The position numbers and the translations under genes were made by a program. This document shows positions 29,777 through 43,389 of a stretch of DNA of 64,000 nucleotides, piece after piece. A model generated the notes under the pieces. It was not told the DNA's origin. It saw only the letters and a list, made by a program, of their open reading frames with translations, and searched no databases. The stretch is from the human T2T-CHM13v2.0 reference genome, Homo sapiens. How positions within the stretch are numbered: the first letter of the stretch is position 1; each line of letters starts with the position of its first letter. Where the stretch lies: assembly GCF_009914755.1 (NCBI RefSeq), contig NC_060926.1; one strand, 5' to 3'.

Positions 29777-29919
29777 CTAGAAGAAATTAGATAAATTTTT
29801 AAAAAGAAGCAACATATGTTCACCTTTCTATACTCAACACCATGAGATCTAACACATATTTATCAAAAATCTACCACATCCCAGGAATTCATTCCGCTGG
29901 ATGCCTTCTGTTACCTTAA

Positions 29920-30090
29920 TCCTCATAGCAAGCCTCTGAGGTAGGCAAACATCATCATCTATCTGCCTTTTCAGGGAGCTAAAACTGAAGCTCACAGAAG
30001 TGAAGTAATTGCCCACAGTTACATCCACAGTACATAATGGCATCATGGTAGGAAGCATCATAACTCTGTGTTCAGTGCCGTTTTTACTGT
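29920..30090 (-). mobile_element. MIR
   Basis: aaactgaagctcacagaagtgaagtaattgcccacagttaca. Confidence 0.65.
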
Positions 30091-30659
30091 TGAATGCAAA
30101 CATTATGATTCTATTACAAAAAAAAATTTTAAAGGATGAAGTTCAGATAATTTCCAGTTTCCCTTCTACGAAAAACAGAAATGTCTTGATTTGGTCACAA
30201 GGTGATGTCTCAAAAGAAACAAGAAATGACTTAGGGAAATGCAGAGAACATCTTTCTGATCAAAAAAGAGAAATCTGTTGGTAATACACAGTTCTGAGAT
30301 GACCTATAGGAGAAAGTGATTTGCTAAGCTAAGAATGTGGGATTCCCATGGAATATTTTAAGTAAATTTTTGTTTAAATTCAAAGAAACTGCATTTAATA
30401 AATGTTTCACTTGATGAATAAACTCATTCTCTAAAGGTGTTTAGAGGAACATTGGAATGTAAGATTAGAAAGACAGATCAGGCGGTAACGGGCTCATGAA
30501 TGCTAGAATCACAGATCACGAGATGCAGGTATCTAAGCCCCAGTATGGCATCCATATGACTGAGTGACAGATATAGGCCAAGCCTGCTCTCGTAAAACTG
30601 GAGGATTTAAATCAGTTGTGCACTCACATCTACTGTTGATTCAAGTGTGAAAGGACTAT

Positions 30660-31180
30660 AACCTCTTTGTGGTTTCTATCAAAATTGTAAATGTACTTTT
30701 TTACATTTTTTACTCTAGACCCAGGAATTACAAATAAATTCTAAATTACAAATAAATTCTAAAAATTTATATTACAGATAGGCTCGCACATGCTCAAAGA
30801 CATATAATTGTGGGTGCTCACTACCAAATTATTTTTAAAAATGAAAGAAAGCATACCAAATCAGGAACAAATTAAATAAATTATATAATGGAATGTTCTA
30901 CAACCATCAAAAAGGAATAAAATAGAACTGTCTGTACTCACATGAAAAAACTTTCAATATAGAATATGAGTGAAAAAAAAACAGGGCATAGAAAGGTATG
31001 CATAATAGTAAGAATTTATTCATGATTTAAGAAAGAAGAGGTAACATTTAATCAAATGTTTTGGAAGGATACATAAGAAACCGATATTTAAAAATGACGG
31101 AAGGATAAAGTTAGGGGAACTAGAATGAGGAGGGAGATTTATTGTCAATACATATATCCTTTTTGTATTGTTTGGATATC
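30660..31180 (+). mobile_element. Old L1ME-type 3' fragment
   Basis: gacccaggaatt, ttaaataaattat..aatggaatgttctacaaccat. Confidence 0.5.
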
Positions 31181-31699
31181 TATTGCTTCCTCAACAATTT
31201 ATTTATAAAGAGTTTATAAATAACTCTTTAATCAGTAAAAATGTAAGCGCTATTTCCTGCATTCAATATAACTGTGAACACTGAAATACATCCAGGCTCA
31301 CAGGTCACAATCAGTTTGGTACCACATTATACACACAGGGCATGTTTGTGAAATGAAGGTGATGAAGGTGTGTCCTTGCAAGAGAGAAAGAGATGCAATG
31401 AAGGGGAAATATAGAAGGACCGGCTTTTTAAATGATCTCTGGGAAACACCTGCCAAAAAGATTGAGGTGAAATACAATTCCCAGTTTCAAAGGCTATTTG
31501 GTATTTTCAAAGACTATTTGGTATTTTCATCATTTGAAATAAAAATAGAATCGCTTAGGAGAAAAGAAAGAGCTAACTGCTTTAAACAACTTTGTCAAGT
31601 TCAATAACATGGTTTGTGAAACATAATTCCTTCTGAGATAAGATATCACGTGTGTGGGGGGAATGGGGGGACTCGGTGCAGGAGTTACTTTTAAGCGTT

Positions 31700-32920
31700 G
31701 CTAGGTCTGAAATAAATATTAGTCATCTGGGGGAAAATGAATCTCTCCAATATATCCTTTTTGTATTGTTTAAATATTTATTGCTTCCTAAATAAAATGC
31801 TAATTAATAAATAATACTTTAATCATTAAGAATGTATGGGTTATTCTCTACATTCAACATAACTGTAAACACTAAAATACACCCAGGCTCACAGGTTGCA
31901 ATCAGTGAGGTGCCAGGTTACACACATACAGCATGTTTGTAAAATGAAGGTGCTCCAATTGCTACCATAATCAAAATATCAAAATAAATTCCAAATAAAG
32001 ATAAAACTGAAATGTAAAAAATAAAACTATCAAAGCACTAAAAAATATGAAAACCTGTCATAATAGTCTTGGGATTTAAAGGTCTTTCAAAGGATGACAG
32101 AAAAGACAGAAATTGTAAAAGAACCACAATTTTAAAAAAATTCTGAATAGCAATTGGAAAGATAAATCATATATAATAAAAACTTGGCAATGTAGTAAAA
32201 TATTTGAGATAGGCATAGGGTAAATATTCCTTATGCCTCAAAATAAGCTCCTAAGAATCAACAGTAAAAAGATGAACACCCCAAAAGAAAAATAAGTAAA
32301 GGCTAGAAACAAGTTTCAAATGAAAAAGTGCAAATGAAGCTGTTCAACAGGCAAACACTGGAAAGACTGAAAATTAATTTAGAGAAGGGGCCCTTTAGTG
32401 CCTTAGGGAATGGAAAATAAACTGGTGCCACATGATAACAAAGACCAAAATTTTGCATGTGCTTACCCTTTGATTCAGCAATTCCACTTTGCATTATCCA
32501 TCTACAACAGGCACAGTTCTAACTATTTTACATACTCAGTTAATATTACAATAGCCCTATGATATAAGCCTACTATTATCCACATTTCACAGGTGAAGAA
32601 CCTGAGGCCCTGATGACTGGCCCAAGGTCACATACCTGTTAGCTGGAAAAAAGTGGATTTGCACATAGCCATCTGGCCCTAGAAACTGCTGTGTTCTTAA
32701 CCTCTACACTCTGCTGCTTCTCAGACAATGAAAAGGTGTACTAAATGCAGTCAGAAAAGAACTAAACAAATCTAGCACAACCACTCAACACAATGCTGTA
32801 AAGCATATGAAAATGCTGCAGATCTGTATACACTAGCTCAATAAACAACTGAAAAAACTGTGTAATAAAAAGAAATGTATAGTATTATCTCATTTTTGTA
32901 AAACTATATACAGGCATAAC
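31700..32920 (+). mobile_element. Old L1M fragments with an internal MIR (~32520-32720, minus)
   Basis: aaaataaattccaaata, ccctttgattcagcaattccactt; MIR core cacatttcacaggtgaagaacctgagg. Confidence 0.5.
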
Positions 32921-33507
32921 ATGCAAAATAGTGGGCAAACGATTGGGCTCAAAAATCTCATTACTTTATTTAAATACTGAGTGGATAATTCCTATCAAAT
33001 AAAATGTATAATCTCTTATAGACTGTTAACCAGAAAATCTGAGAAAACAGGATAAGCTTAGGATGCACAGTGTTAGAAAAATCAGACACAGTAAGAATAA
33101 CAAATAAGTAAATAATTTGCTAGAGACCATAGCCACCTTATTACTGAAGAGATTCTACCTTTCTTCAGTTTATTTGATCAAGAAACAAAAACTGAGAGAT
33201 TACATGACAAACTCAGGGCCTCAGAAAAATTGTCAGTTGCCTTAAGGCGGAAAAAATAAATTAAAAAGTATGTCTCTAGAAATAAATGAGGATCAACACA
33301 ACTCTGAGTAAGAAAAGTAGAGCAGGGTCTAGAAAGGGGATCTCAGACAAAGAGAAACAAAACAGACTCAGATGTCCAGGGTACAAATGGAAGGAGAAAT
33401 ACGTATTAGAGGAACTAGACACTGCAAACGAGAGTTGGAAAATGGCTAGTGGAAGAACAGCAGCGTATCAGTCAGCAGGCAGGGGACAGAGGACATAATA
33501 CAATTGA

Positions 33508-33879
33508 AGATGTGCCTTGATTTACAATGTGATTACATCCCAATAAACCCATTGCAAGTTGAAAATATCATAAATTCAAAATGCATTTAATACACCTAAC
33601 CTAACAAACATCATAGCTTAGTTTAGCCTACCTTAAAAGTGCTAAGAACACTTCCATTAGCCTACAGTTTGGCTAGGCTTTTAATCATCTAACACAAAGA
33701 CTATTTTATAGGAAAGTGTTGAATTTCTCATGTAATTTACTGAAAACTGAACTGAAAGTGAAAAACACAGTGGTTGCATGAGTACTCAAAGTACTGTTTC
33801 TACTGAAAGCATATCACTTTTACATTATCATAAAGTTGAAAAATTGGAAGTTGAACCGTCTTAAGTTGGGGACTGTCTG
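33508..33879 (+). mobile_element. MER47A-like (Tigger-family) MITE
   Basis: catcccaataaacccattgcaagttgaaaatatc...aagttggggactgtctg|ta. Confidence 0.75.
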
Positions 33880-34486
33880 TAAACCACTTTTCTGAAATGT
33901 TGAACAAGGAAGATTATCTTTTTTAAGCTTTTAAGATTCATTAATACAGAGGTGATACATGTTTTATTCCTTGATCTAGATTTATTATGCTCTTTTAATT
34001 TTATAAAAAATTAACTTTAAAAAAGCAACCTTAAATCCTGAATGAATTATTCTTAAAAAATCGCTGCAATTGGGTATACCTAATTACGAGAACTCAGGTC
34101 ATGAACACACCTTTCTAGTGTTAAATAAGAGGGGTGAGCTAAAATAGGAGTACAATGGGGACAAGAGAGGAATTGAACTCATAGTCTAGAAATTTCAGCC
34201 AGGAAGTGACTTCGGAGGTTTATCATCTAATCAGGTCCCTTGTCTCTCTCTCTTTTTTTTTTTTCAAAAGACTTATGCCCTGGCATTTAGGTCCCTTGTC
34301 TCTAAACAAAGTGAAAGCTACATGAACGAGACAGGCATTACCTACGCATGCTGAAAATTTTCAGAACTTGAATTTATAGGCTATCACATGAATCTCTTCC
34401 AACAGAAGAGAAATACACAGCCTTATAATCAGCAAAAATGACCATGGGAAAGCGCGCTGGAGAAAAATGTTTAAGAAGCTGATGGA

Positions 34487-34862
<376 letters not shown>

Positions 34863-34970
34863 TCAATCTGTACCTGTGATAATATATTTGGTAAAGAAAA
34901 GAATAACAATGCAGTTTGTACATTCTGACTTTCCCCCTCCATCTTAGGGAAGAATATAGAGTTATTCTAC

Positions 34971-35200
34971 CTGGCTAGATCCATGCAGCTATCAGTGAGG
35001 TTGGTAGAAGAATTGAAGTACTCTCTGCTGGCAGCCAAAACCAAGTCAATACTCTTTTCGTAGCTGACCCTGTAGTGGGGTTTCCCTTTATGGGCTATAC
35101 CAGCTGGAGGATTTTCTGAACAAGCACTGCAGTGCATCATCTGTCCAGCCAGGTGGATGTTTTCAAGGCGACTAGAGCACAGAAGGCTTTCTGTAAATAT
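34971..35200 (-). CDS. NBAS: NBAS internal exon (~exon 30), 230 nt, IFTESLLCSSRLENIHLAGQMMHC...REYFNSSTNLTDSCMDLA(R)
   Basis: ctccttttttcCAG acceptor, CAG|GTAGAA donor; phase 0->2; open frame throughout; missed by the ORF track. Confidence 0.96.
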
Positions 35201-35299
35201 CTGGAAAAAAGGAGAAACTGGAATTAGTTATAGAGATGGAAGATTCAGTTCTCAGTGAAATGAAGGCTCTGAAATCCAAATGAAAGAAATTAAAAACAC

Positions 35300-35413
35300 A
35301 TCCACCCTAGAGGTGGTGGCTGCACAGCACTGTAAATGTACTAAATGACAATGAACTGTATACTTTGAAATGGTTAATTTTACATTATGTGACTTTCCCC
35401 TCAATTAAAAAAA
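35300..35413 (+). mobile_element. L1M 3' terminal fragment
   Basis: gtggtggctgcacagcactgtaaatgtactaaatg..ctgtatactttgaaatggttaatttt. Confidence 0.75.
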
Positions 35414-35599
35414 GTCAATCTTTTAGAAAGAATAATTTCATTGACTAAACCAAAATTAAGCATAATATTTTAATTTATTACAATAAATACTTGGGTCAAG
35501 TATCCAAAGTTGATATTCATTAAAAACAGGATTACACATACTGTCCCACTCTCAACAGGGCCCATTTTGCTTAAAACTATTTTTAACCATTTCTGTTTT

Positions 35600-35750
35600 T
35601 TTCTTTTTCCTAATTTTAATTTTCATTTTTAATATGGGTTCTTGCTATGTTGTCCATAGGCTGGTCTCAAACTCTTGGGCTCAAGCAATCCTCTCACCTT
35701 GGCTTCCCAAAGTGTTGGGATTAAAGGCATGAGCCACTGCATGCAGCCCC
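35600..35750 (-). mobile_element. Alu left monomer (FLAM-like)
   Basis: Reverse left-arm sequence. Confidence 0.82.
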
Positions 35751-37689
35751 ATTTTAATTTCTTAAAAGAAAAATCTTTGAATATAATACATATAATTCAT
35801 AACTGCTTGAAGCATCTGAATTCAGTCTTATGAACTAAATAGCCACTCCACAAATGCTATACTTACAACCAGTCATTAAAATTACAATATATTATAATGT
35901 AGAGTTTTTTAATAACATACATATTAAAAATTATTTAAATAAAACAAGAGACTGAAGGTATTCATACAAATATCATTGTACTCTACTAGACAACAACATC
36001 AATTAACATAAAATTACTTCTATAATTGAGATTTATATAAACAAAGCAATCCTTTTAAACGTACATTAACAATGTTACATATAATTAGTCTAAGAACTTC
36101 CCCAAAAATGCACTTCCCTGTCACTCTACGGTTGGATAAGGATAGCACAGAAATAAGAGATTTTTAAAAAGTAACATTTAATGGAGAAGCAAGAGTTTCA
36201 ATATAATTAAGAAGACCATCCAATCTTCATAGGATGCTCTTATTTTCACTTCTTTGTGTCTAGGCTTCCTGCAGAAGGCATTTTTAGACAAGTCTTTGCT
36301 AAGATATCTGATAAGGATAAAAACACTGTATCTAAGAGGGATCCGCTATAAAATAGATACTGTGACAGAAAGCAAACTATTAAAGAGCAACCCTAATCAC
36401 TTATATCTGACAGATAAAAATGGCTTACAATACGTCTAATCCAAATGACTTATATGTCATAGTTTCTCCATATTTCTCTGGTCTACTCAAGTAAGCTGTA
36501 AGGTGTCAATGTCCAATACTGAAAAATACATTCACCCTCAAACTTGGAACAGTTTGCTAAAATGAACAACATAGATTTCTGTTCTACAGGCTATATATAA
36601 ATCTTTATCTAACATTTTCAAAATTATGCCACTGAACTTTCAAATTATTTTCCAAGGACAGCAAAATCTAACAACCAAGTCACTAAGACAACATAGTATA
36701 TTTTAAATTATATTTAAATTTTAAGTTTGTCAAATCTATATTACTGTCTCCTACAGCCTTTTCAAAACTGTTATAATATGCTTTCAAATGTTTTCTCAAC
36801 AAGGGAGACCCGTGGACAGAAGTCATTAAAATATCAAGGCCTAATAAAAACGTGTTAAAATATTTTTAAAATGTAATATAATAAGTTGTTTTGATGGATT
36901 ACTCCACACAGAAACTAACTCAAGTGTAATATACTTACTGCCAATTTTGCAATCAGAATCAGAAACAGGAATGTATCAAAATAATGCCACTCCAATGCAC
37001 AAACACTACCTCAAACACACTAGTGACAGTTGGGTTTTAGATCTCATGTGCATACAAATTATGTTCTAATGAAGTTGGTTTCAGGTTTTGCTTTAGATGC
37101 AAAAGGGGAAGACAATGGCAGTTGTATGTGGTCAGAGACTGCAATCATCAATAAAAACATTAGTTATTCATGCATTTAAAAACTTGAAATTCAAATATAA
37201 AACCATTCATTTCTCAACAGTCTACATTAGCACACTTTTGTTAAAATCGCCCTGAATTCAAAAACTAAACAATTTCACAAAGCAGAGACCTATTTTTACA
37301 ATTCTGATTTCATCAATGGGTTATGCTTTGTGGTATAAGAGCAAAGCGACACAAGAAATACTCTTTATGATTTTGTGTCTGGCTTATTTAACAAGAAAAT
37401 TCTAATTAAAAAAACTTGTTTTAGACTGCATGTTATTAAAAATGAGTTAGGTCATTTTTTCCACACAAACGGAAATATATATATTGGTAAACTGCCTTTG
37501 ACTTGGAGATTTTACACACAGAAAATGGAAATATATATACTGATACTCTGCCTCTGACTTGGCAATTGGACACACACGTGCACGCACACACCCACACACA
37601 GGTGTACATATCTATTCCAAATTAATGAGTAAATCCCCCTGGATTATACTCCCAGTCAACTGACAACTATTTCTTACGTATCCTTTATA

Positions 37690-38420
37690 TTCCATATGTT
37701 ATAATATGCACTAGGGGATATGAGAGTTCACATGATATAATAATGCCTGTCTAGGAGCTGAGGACCAAATGGAAGCAATGCACAAATAAACAAATAACTA
37801 CATTTTAAAGAAAGACCATAGTAGAGGCAACTTATGAGGAAGGACAAAGATAATTAGTGAGCTGAGTTCTGAACTTTTATTAGGAGTTTTCTAAGTAAAG
37901 GAAAGAGGAATATATTCCAGGCCAAGGGAACAACGTGTGCAAAGTGAGGGAAACATGAAACAGCACGGTGGATGGAGGAAATGATGACAGGCTTGATGGT
38001 GCTACTGCAACATAGGATACATGGTGGACAGTGACAAAAGTGGAAGAGGTGAGGGAGCTGGCATCTTCTATAGCTTTCTATGTCATGCTAAGGAGTAGAG
38101 CTACTTTTTGATTATTGATATGGAACAACAACAAATTTTTAGAAGGGGTGTGTCATGAAAAGATTTGTTTTAGAAAAATACTCTTTATCAGTGTAAACCA
38201 GAGAGTTGGAAGTAGGGAAACAAGTAGGGGGATTGCTGCAGTTCAGCAGAGATGAAGACAGGACAGATTTGAAGGCCTTTCTCAGATGCATTAGACAAGT
38301 GTTAGTGACCACCAAAACTATGGAAGTGAGAAAAGTCAAGTACGATTCACATTTTCTAGCTGATGATTAACCTACTAAACAGATAGTGTTGCAATGAAAA
38401 AAGACAAGGGAGACAGGAGG
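37690..38420 (-). mobile_element. LINE-2 fragment
   Basis: ttccaggccaagggaacaacgtgtgcaaag; agatttgttttagaaaaatactct. Confidence 0.65.
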
Positions 38421-38582
38421 TTAAGGAATAAAGTGCTCAACCTATAAAGCACTAGTCAGTTATTAGCTATTATTAAATAATATTACTTCCAGGGTAGCTT
38501 ATGGTCATCATTCTTGTATCCAATAAACCATAACAATTAAAATTGTTAAATTAAAAAAAATCGTATATGGTTCTAGAGTTAC

Positions 38583-38685
38583 CTCATAGCAGGCATCAGA
38601 ATCTAGACATGTGTATACATTCTGCTGCATAGTTAACATGTCTTGCAGCAACGTTCTCCAATGAGACTCACTGACAGGAGGCTGC
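38583..38685 (-). CDS. NBAS: NBAS internal exon (~exon 29), 103 nt, (K)QPPVSESHWRTLLQDMLTMQQNVYTCLDSDACYE
   Basis: tttttcCAG acceptor, GAG|GTAACT donor; phase 2->0; overlaps ORF 38508..38699. Confidence 0.96.
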
Positions 38686-41589
38686 CTGGAAAAACACATA
38701 AAAAAGACAAGGAAGAGGGAAAGAAAACAATTAAAATCTCTTTCTTCAAATGATCTAAAGTTAAAAAAACAAAAACTGGTACCACCACTCTACATCCACA
38801 TCAGCTCTCAAATGATCAAAAAGAATATATCTCCTTTAAATAGACAGGAAAACACTTGGATTAAAGATAGAGGGGAAAGTTGGGCAGCTATGCATCACTG
38901 CTAGAGATGGTGACAAAGTGGTCTGTCATAGCCTGAGCAGACACAGGCTGGAATGGAATTGAATGGTAATTACAGTAAAGGTAAAGAAGCTGTGAGTTTC
39001 TAAGGTAAAATGAACCACTGCAAGATAAAGCAGCTATGATATAGCTTGATGACAGAGGTTGGTTTCAAATTCCATCTTCATCACTCAGCAATCCCTGTCA
39101 AGGAGTCTTCTTGACTTCAACTGAACATTCACATCCATAGGACAACCGCAGGCCACATTTGCCATCAGTCTGGGGGACAAGAATCGCGGCTCACCAGCAG
39201 GGCAGCATCAGTTGCTTCTTACAGTGAGACTACTGGCAGCAGTCCACAAAGCAACTCACAGAGCACTCCAGGAGTTATCTTCTCAGGTGACCGCCCCAGT
39301 ACAAGAAGCCAGAGCCTCAGAGAGTAGTCGCTGGCATTGCTGTGTCCGGCGTAGGAAGAAGCTTCATGTCCTAAAACAGTCAACATCTCTTGCAACACAC
39401 TCAGGAAAGCCCAAAGCATAAAGCCCCTATCAGGTATTTCCAGTTCATTTACAGTTCCTCCAGGCCAGAGGCAATTTACCAATCAGGGATCTGTTTTATC
39501 TAAGTAGTGAGGCCTCTATAATCTGGTTGATTAAAAACCACTTTATATTGATTTACAGAGTTACAGAGCTAGGAAATTAATGGTCAGATTCTCCCATAGC
39601 AGGGGAAAGGGTTTTGTTCCCAAATTCACCCATAGTCACAAATTGGTTGTGTGATTGTGAGCAAGTCATTTAATATTCTTGACTTTCACTTTCCTCTCTG
39701 GAAGCTCACTTCAGTGATAAACAATAAATGAGATTAATTTTGACAAAACACAGGCATTGAAGCAAGATGCTCCTAAATATAAGAATAAGCTAAATTACCC
39801 ATGGATTTGAATAAATTTTCTAATCTCTCTGAACTTTAGATTCCCTTTTTGTATAGCACAAAGATTAACTTATACTAAAATATATGAAAAGACCCCCCCC
39901 CATTTTTCTGGTAAACATTCAACAAATGTGAATGAATGAATCTGAAATTACAAATACATCTTGTTTTTTTATTTTTTAAGTCATGTATATGATTCTAATA
40001 TTGTTTCTAGTAGGAGAGACAATATACTGTAATTCTCTCTGCCTCTCTCCAAAGTTCATCTTAGTTAAATACACATGAGTTTGGAATCACCATTTATGTT
40101 TACTTTCTAGTCTTGACATTCTACATAATCATGAATATCATTATTCAAGAAGAGCAGGTTTTTGTTTTAAATTGGTCAAATACCAACTAGACGATGTTTC
40201 TTTTTCATGCATCTTTTTATTTTTTATCTTTTACAATGCCTTTAAAAATCATCACTATTTCCAAACACTATGCATTAAAAACAGGGCAGATAGATTGTAT
40301 GTGTTTAATAGTTATTGCTATAGAGAAAGTATATATTTGGGATCATTACAGCAAAAAATAGTCTTTAAAATTTTTTTCTCCTAAAATTTTTAATAAGCAC
40401 ATGCTTCATTTGCCTATGCATTTAATATTTATTATACAAAAGAACAATTACTCTTGTTCCACATGCAATTAGGCATAAGAGAACACTTTTTTTCTTCCAG
40501 CACACAAATACACAAAACAAACTGATATATTTCAAGTATTTCAGGACAATCCATATACTGTTTCCATTTGTTTGACCTGGGTACATTAACTCTTTAGCCT
40601 TCAAAAAACTGGAGGGCTCTTTCAGATTGCTTACAGGCAGAGAAGTAGCAGAATGTTTGCTGAAGTGAGTGTCCATCTTGCACACACTTGATAAAATCAG
40701 ATCTAGGCACTGTCTAGCTGAATTCAATTTCTTACAGCCCAGCTGTTCTTCTGGAAGCCATCAACACTGGGGCAGATGGTACTAATGTTTTCTCGCACAT
40801 GGCTAGCCGTAAGTACAGGTTCTAATAAAAATAAACTACTATGCATTACTTACAATGGCCTTTTTAAGAATATTCAGTAAATAAGAATCAAGAGCAGAAC
40901 TTGAAGAAACCAAGAGGTTTGCAAATTAACAGACAGATCCTGAACACGAATGCATTAGTTGCAGCTTTGGAATAGATGTGGATTTCCCAGGGAGAAATAG
41001 TAGTGTACTCAAGTTCGTAAAACTTGCATTTGTGAAGATTTGCTGACATCTGCCACCCTTTAGAATATGTATAAGAATATTCTATGGGTAGTGAAGGTCA
41101 AGCCATGGAAATATGCATAAAATAATTAAGATTAATTTCAGGTCAACTACTGTGAAAACAGGCATCACATTCTCTTACATATTCACAGTAAATAGATTAC
41201 CATGAGTAGAAATTAACTTCAGGGACTCCGTAAGTATTTAGGGAACTAATTTGGGGGGTTGGGGGAGATGGGGTGGTAGGTAATCTAGCAGCAATTGCAA
41301 TGCTTTCCTGCTGAAAAGTAGATTTTAGAGTAAAATCAGCATGATCTTGGAAATACTGGCCATCCATTTTAGCTATAAAGAAATCTTAAGGCATTTAAAT
41401 AGTCAAAGCTATCTAAATTACCAGAGAGGGCCACTGATATGTAAGTTCCTAACTGAGGTGGATGGTGGCTATAACACTTGCACTGGAGAAATTATGATCT
41501 AGAAGGGAACTTAAGGCACATGTGTTAATGACTGTAGTATAGTTGCAGTGTAACACCGTATAGCTGCAAGAGACAGTCAGAGAGGTAGA

Positions 41590-42050
41590 TACAAAACGCT
41601 TAGGAATTTCTAGGAAGGAGAATTCAATTAAGCTTGGAGGAGTCAAACAAGGTTTCCTGGAAGATGTGTTGGAGCCAGCTCTTAAAAGATAGGAAGGAAT
41701 ATACAATAGTGTGTTTTTACTGCTGGATTTTATTTTTACTTTGATAGTTGGGTTAAACTGAATCTCTAAATCCTAAAATTTAGGTAAACAAAATATGTTT
41801 TAAAAGTTCTTGAAAAGTTGCCTTTGCTTAATTCTACTCCTTCAGGATTAGTGCTTGGGGTGGCTTTTTTTCCCAGCCTTCTTTACATTTTTACGTAGTC
41901 TCCCTACAGATCTGGAATTTAACTGTCCCATACACACATGGGGATCACTCTCAAATCCATAACTCCAGTTCGGACTTCTCTGCTGATCTTCATGTCCACC
42001 TTCATAGCAGCATCTCCACCTACTGTCCGGCAAGCACCTCCAAGTCATAG
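41590..42050. mobile_element. LINE-2 fragments in both orientations
   Basis: ggtttcctggaagatgtg; tccataactccagttcggacttctc. Confidence 0.45.
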
Positions 42051-42424
42051 TTACCCTTTATTTTATGCATAAACTAAATGACTACTAGGTCAAAAAGTTG
42101 TTAGTTTCTTTATTGACCATTTGGATATCATCTAACTGAAATGTCTTTCAACTCTGTTGCCAATTTTTCTTTTCTTTTTTTAAATATATATTGGATGTAC
42201 TATGTTGCCAATTTTTCTACAGAGTAATCTGTTAGTGCTCTCATGGCCTTCATAGCCTTTATAAATATTCTCTTCATATTAATTGAGTGTGTCCCCCTCT
42301 GGACCAGGGAGGTACGACATCTTTTTCTTTGTAAGCCAGACATTAAGCATAATACTGACACAAAGTATGTCAAAATCCATAATAAAATATTCATTAAATA
42401 ATGTAAATAACAATTCGTAAATAA

Positions 42425-42713
<289 letters not shown>

Positions 42714-42980
42714 AATGAATGTATGAATATTAATTGTTCAGTTTTCCTGTCTCTATTGTAACTGGCTCTAAATGAACTTCCAAAGAACTTAGCAAAATTT
42801 CTAATTTCATTAGATGTTCTACTTTAAATGATGACAATATAGAAAGAGACAAAATGAAACAAAGTTTTTCCAGATTTTTAAAATCTGTCATTATCTTTTT
42901 ACTCACTTATTCTCACTTATTCCTTTGAAATGAGTAGCTAAAAATTATCAGTGTTTTAAGCAACACATATTAAAAAATGA

Positions 42981-43300
<320 letters not shown>

Positions 43301-43389
43301 CATTCACCAAATCTTTATTAAGCAACACAGTAAATATTTTCTGAGCATCAACTATGTACCTGTCATAATGTTTTTATCAAAGATTCTAT

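Noticed and set aside
31154-31361. Duplicated unit as an intronic snoRNA/miRNA pair
   Set aside because: No convincing C/D or H/ACA boxes or hairpin seen in both copies; kept only as a duplication
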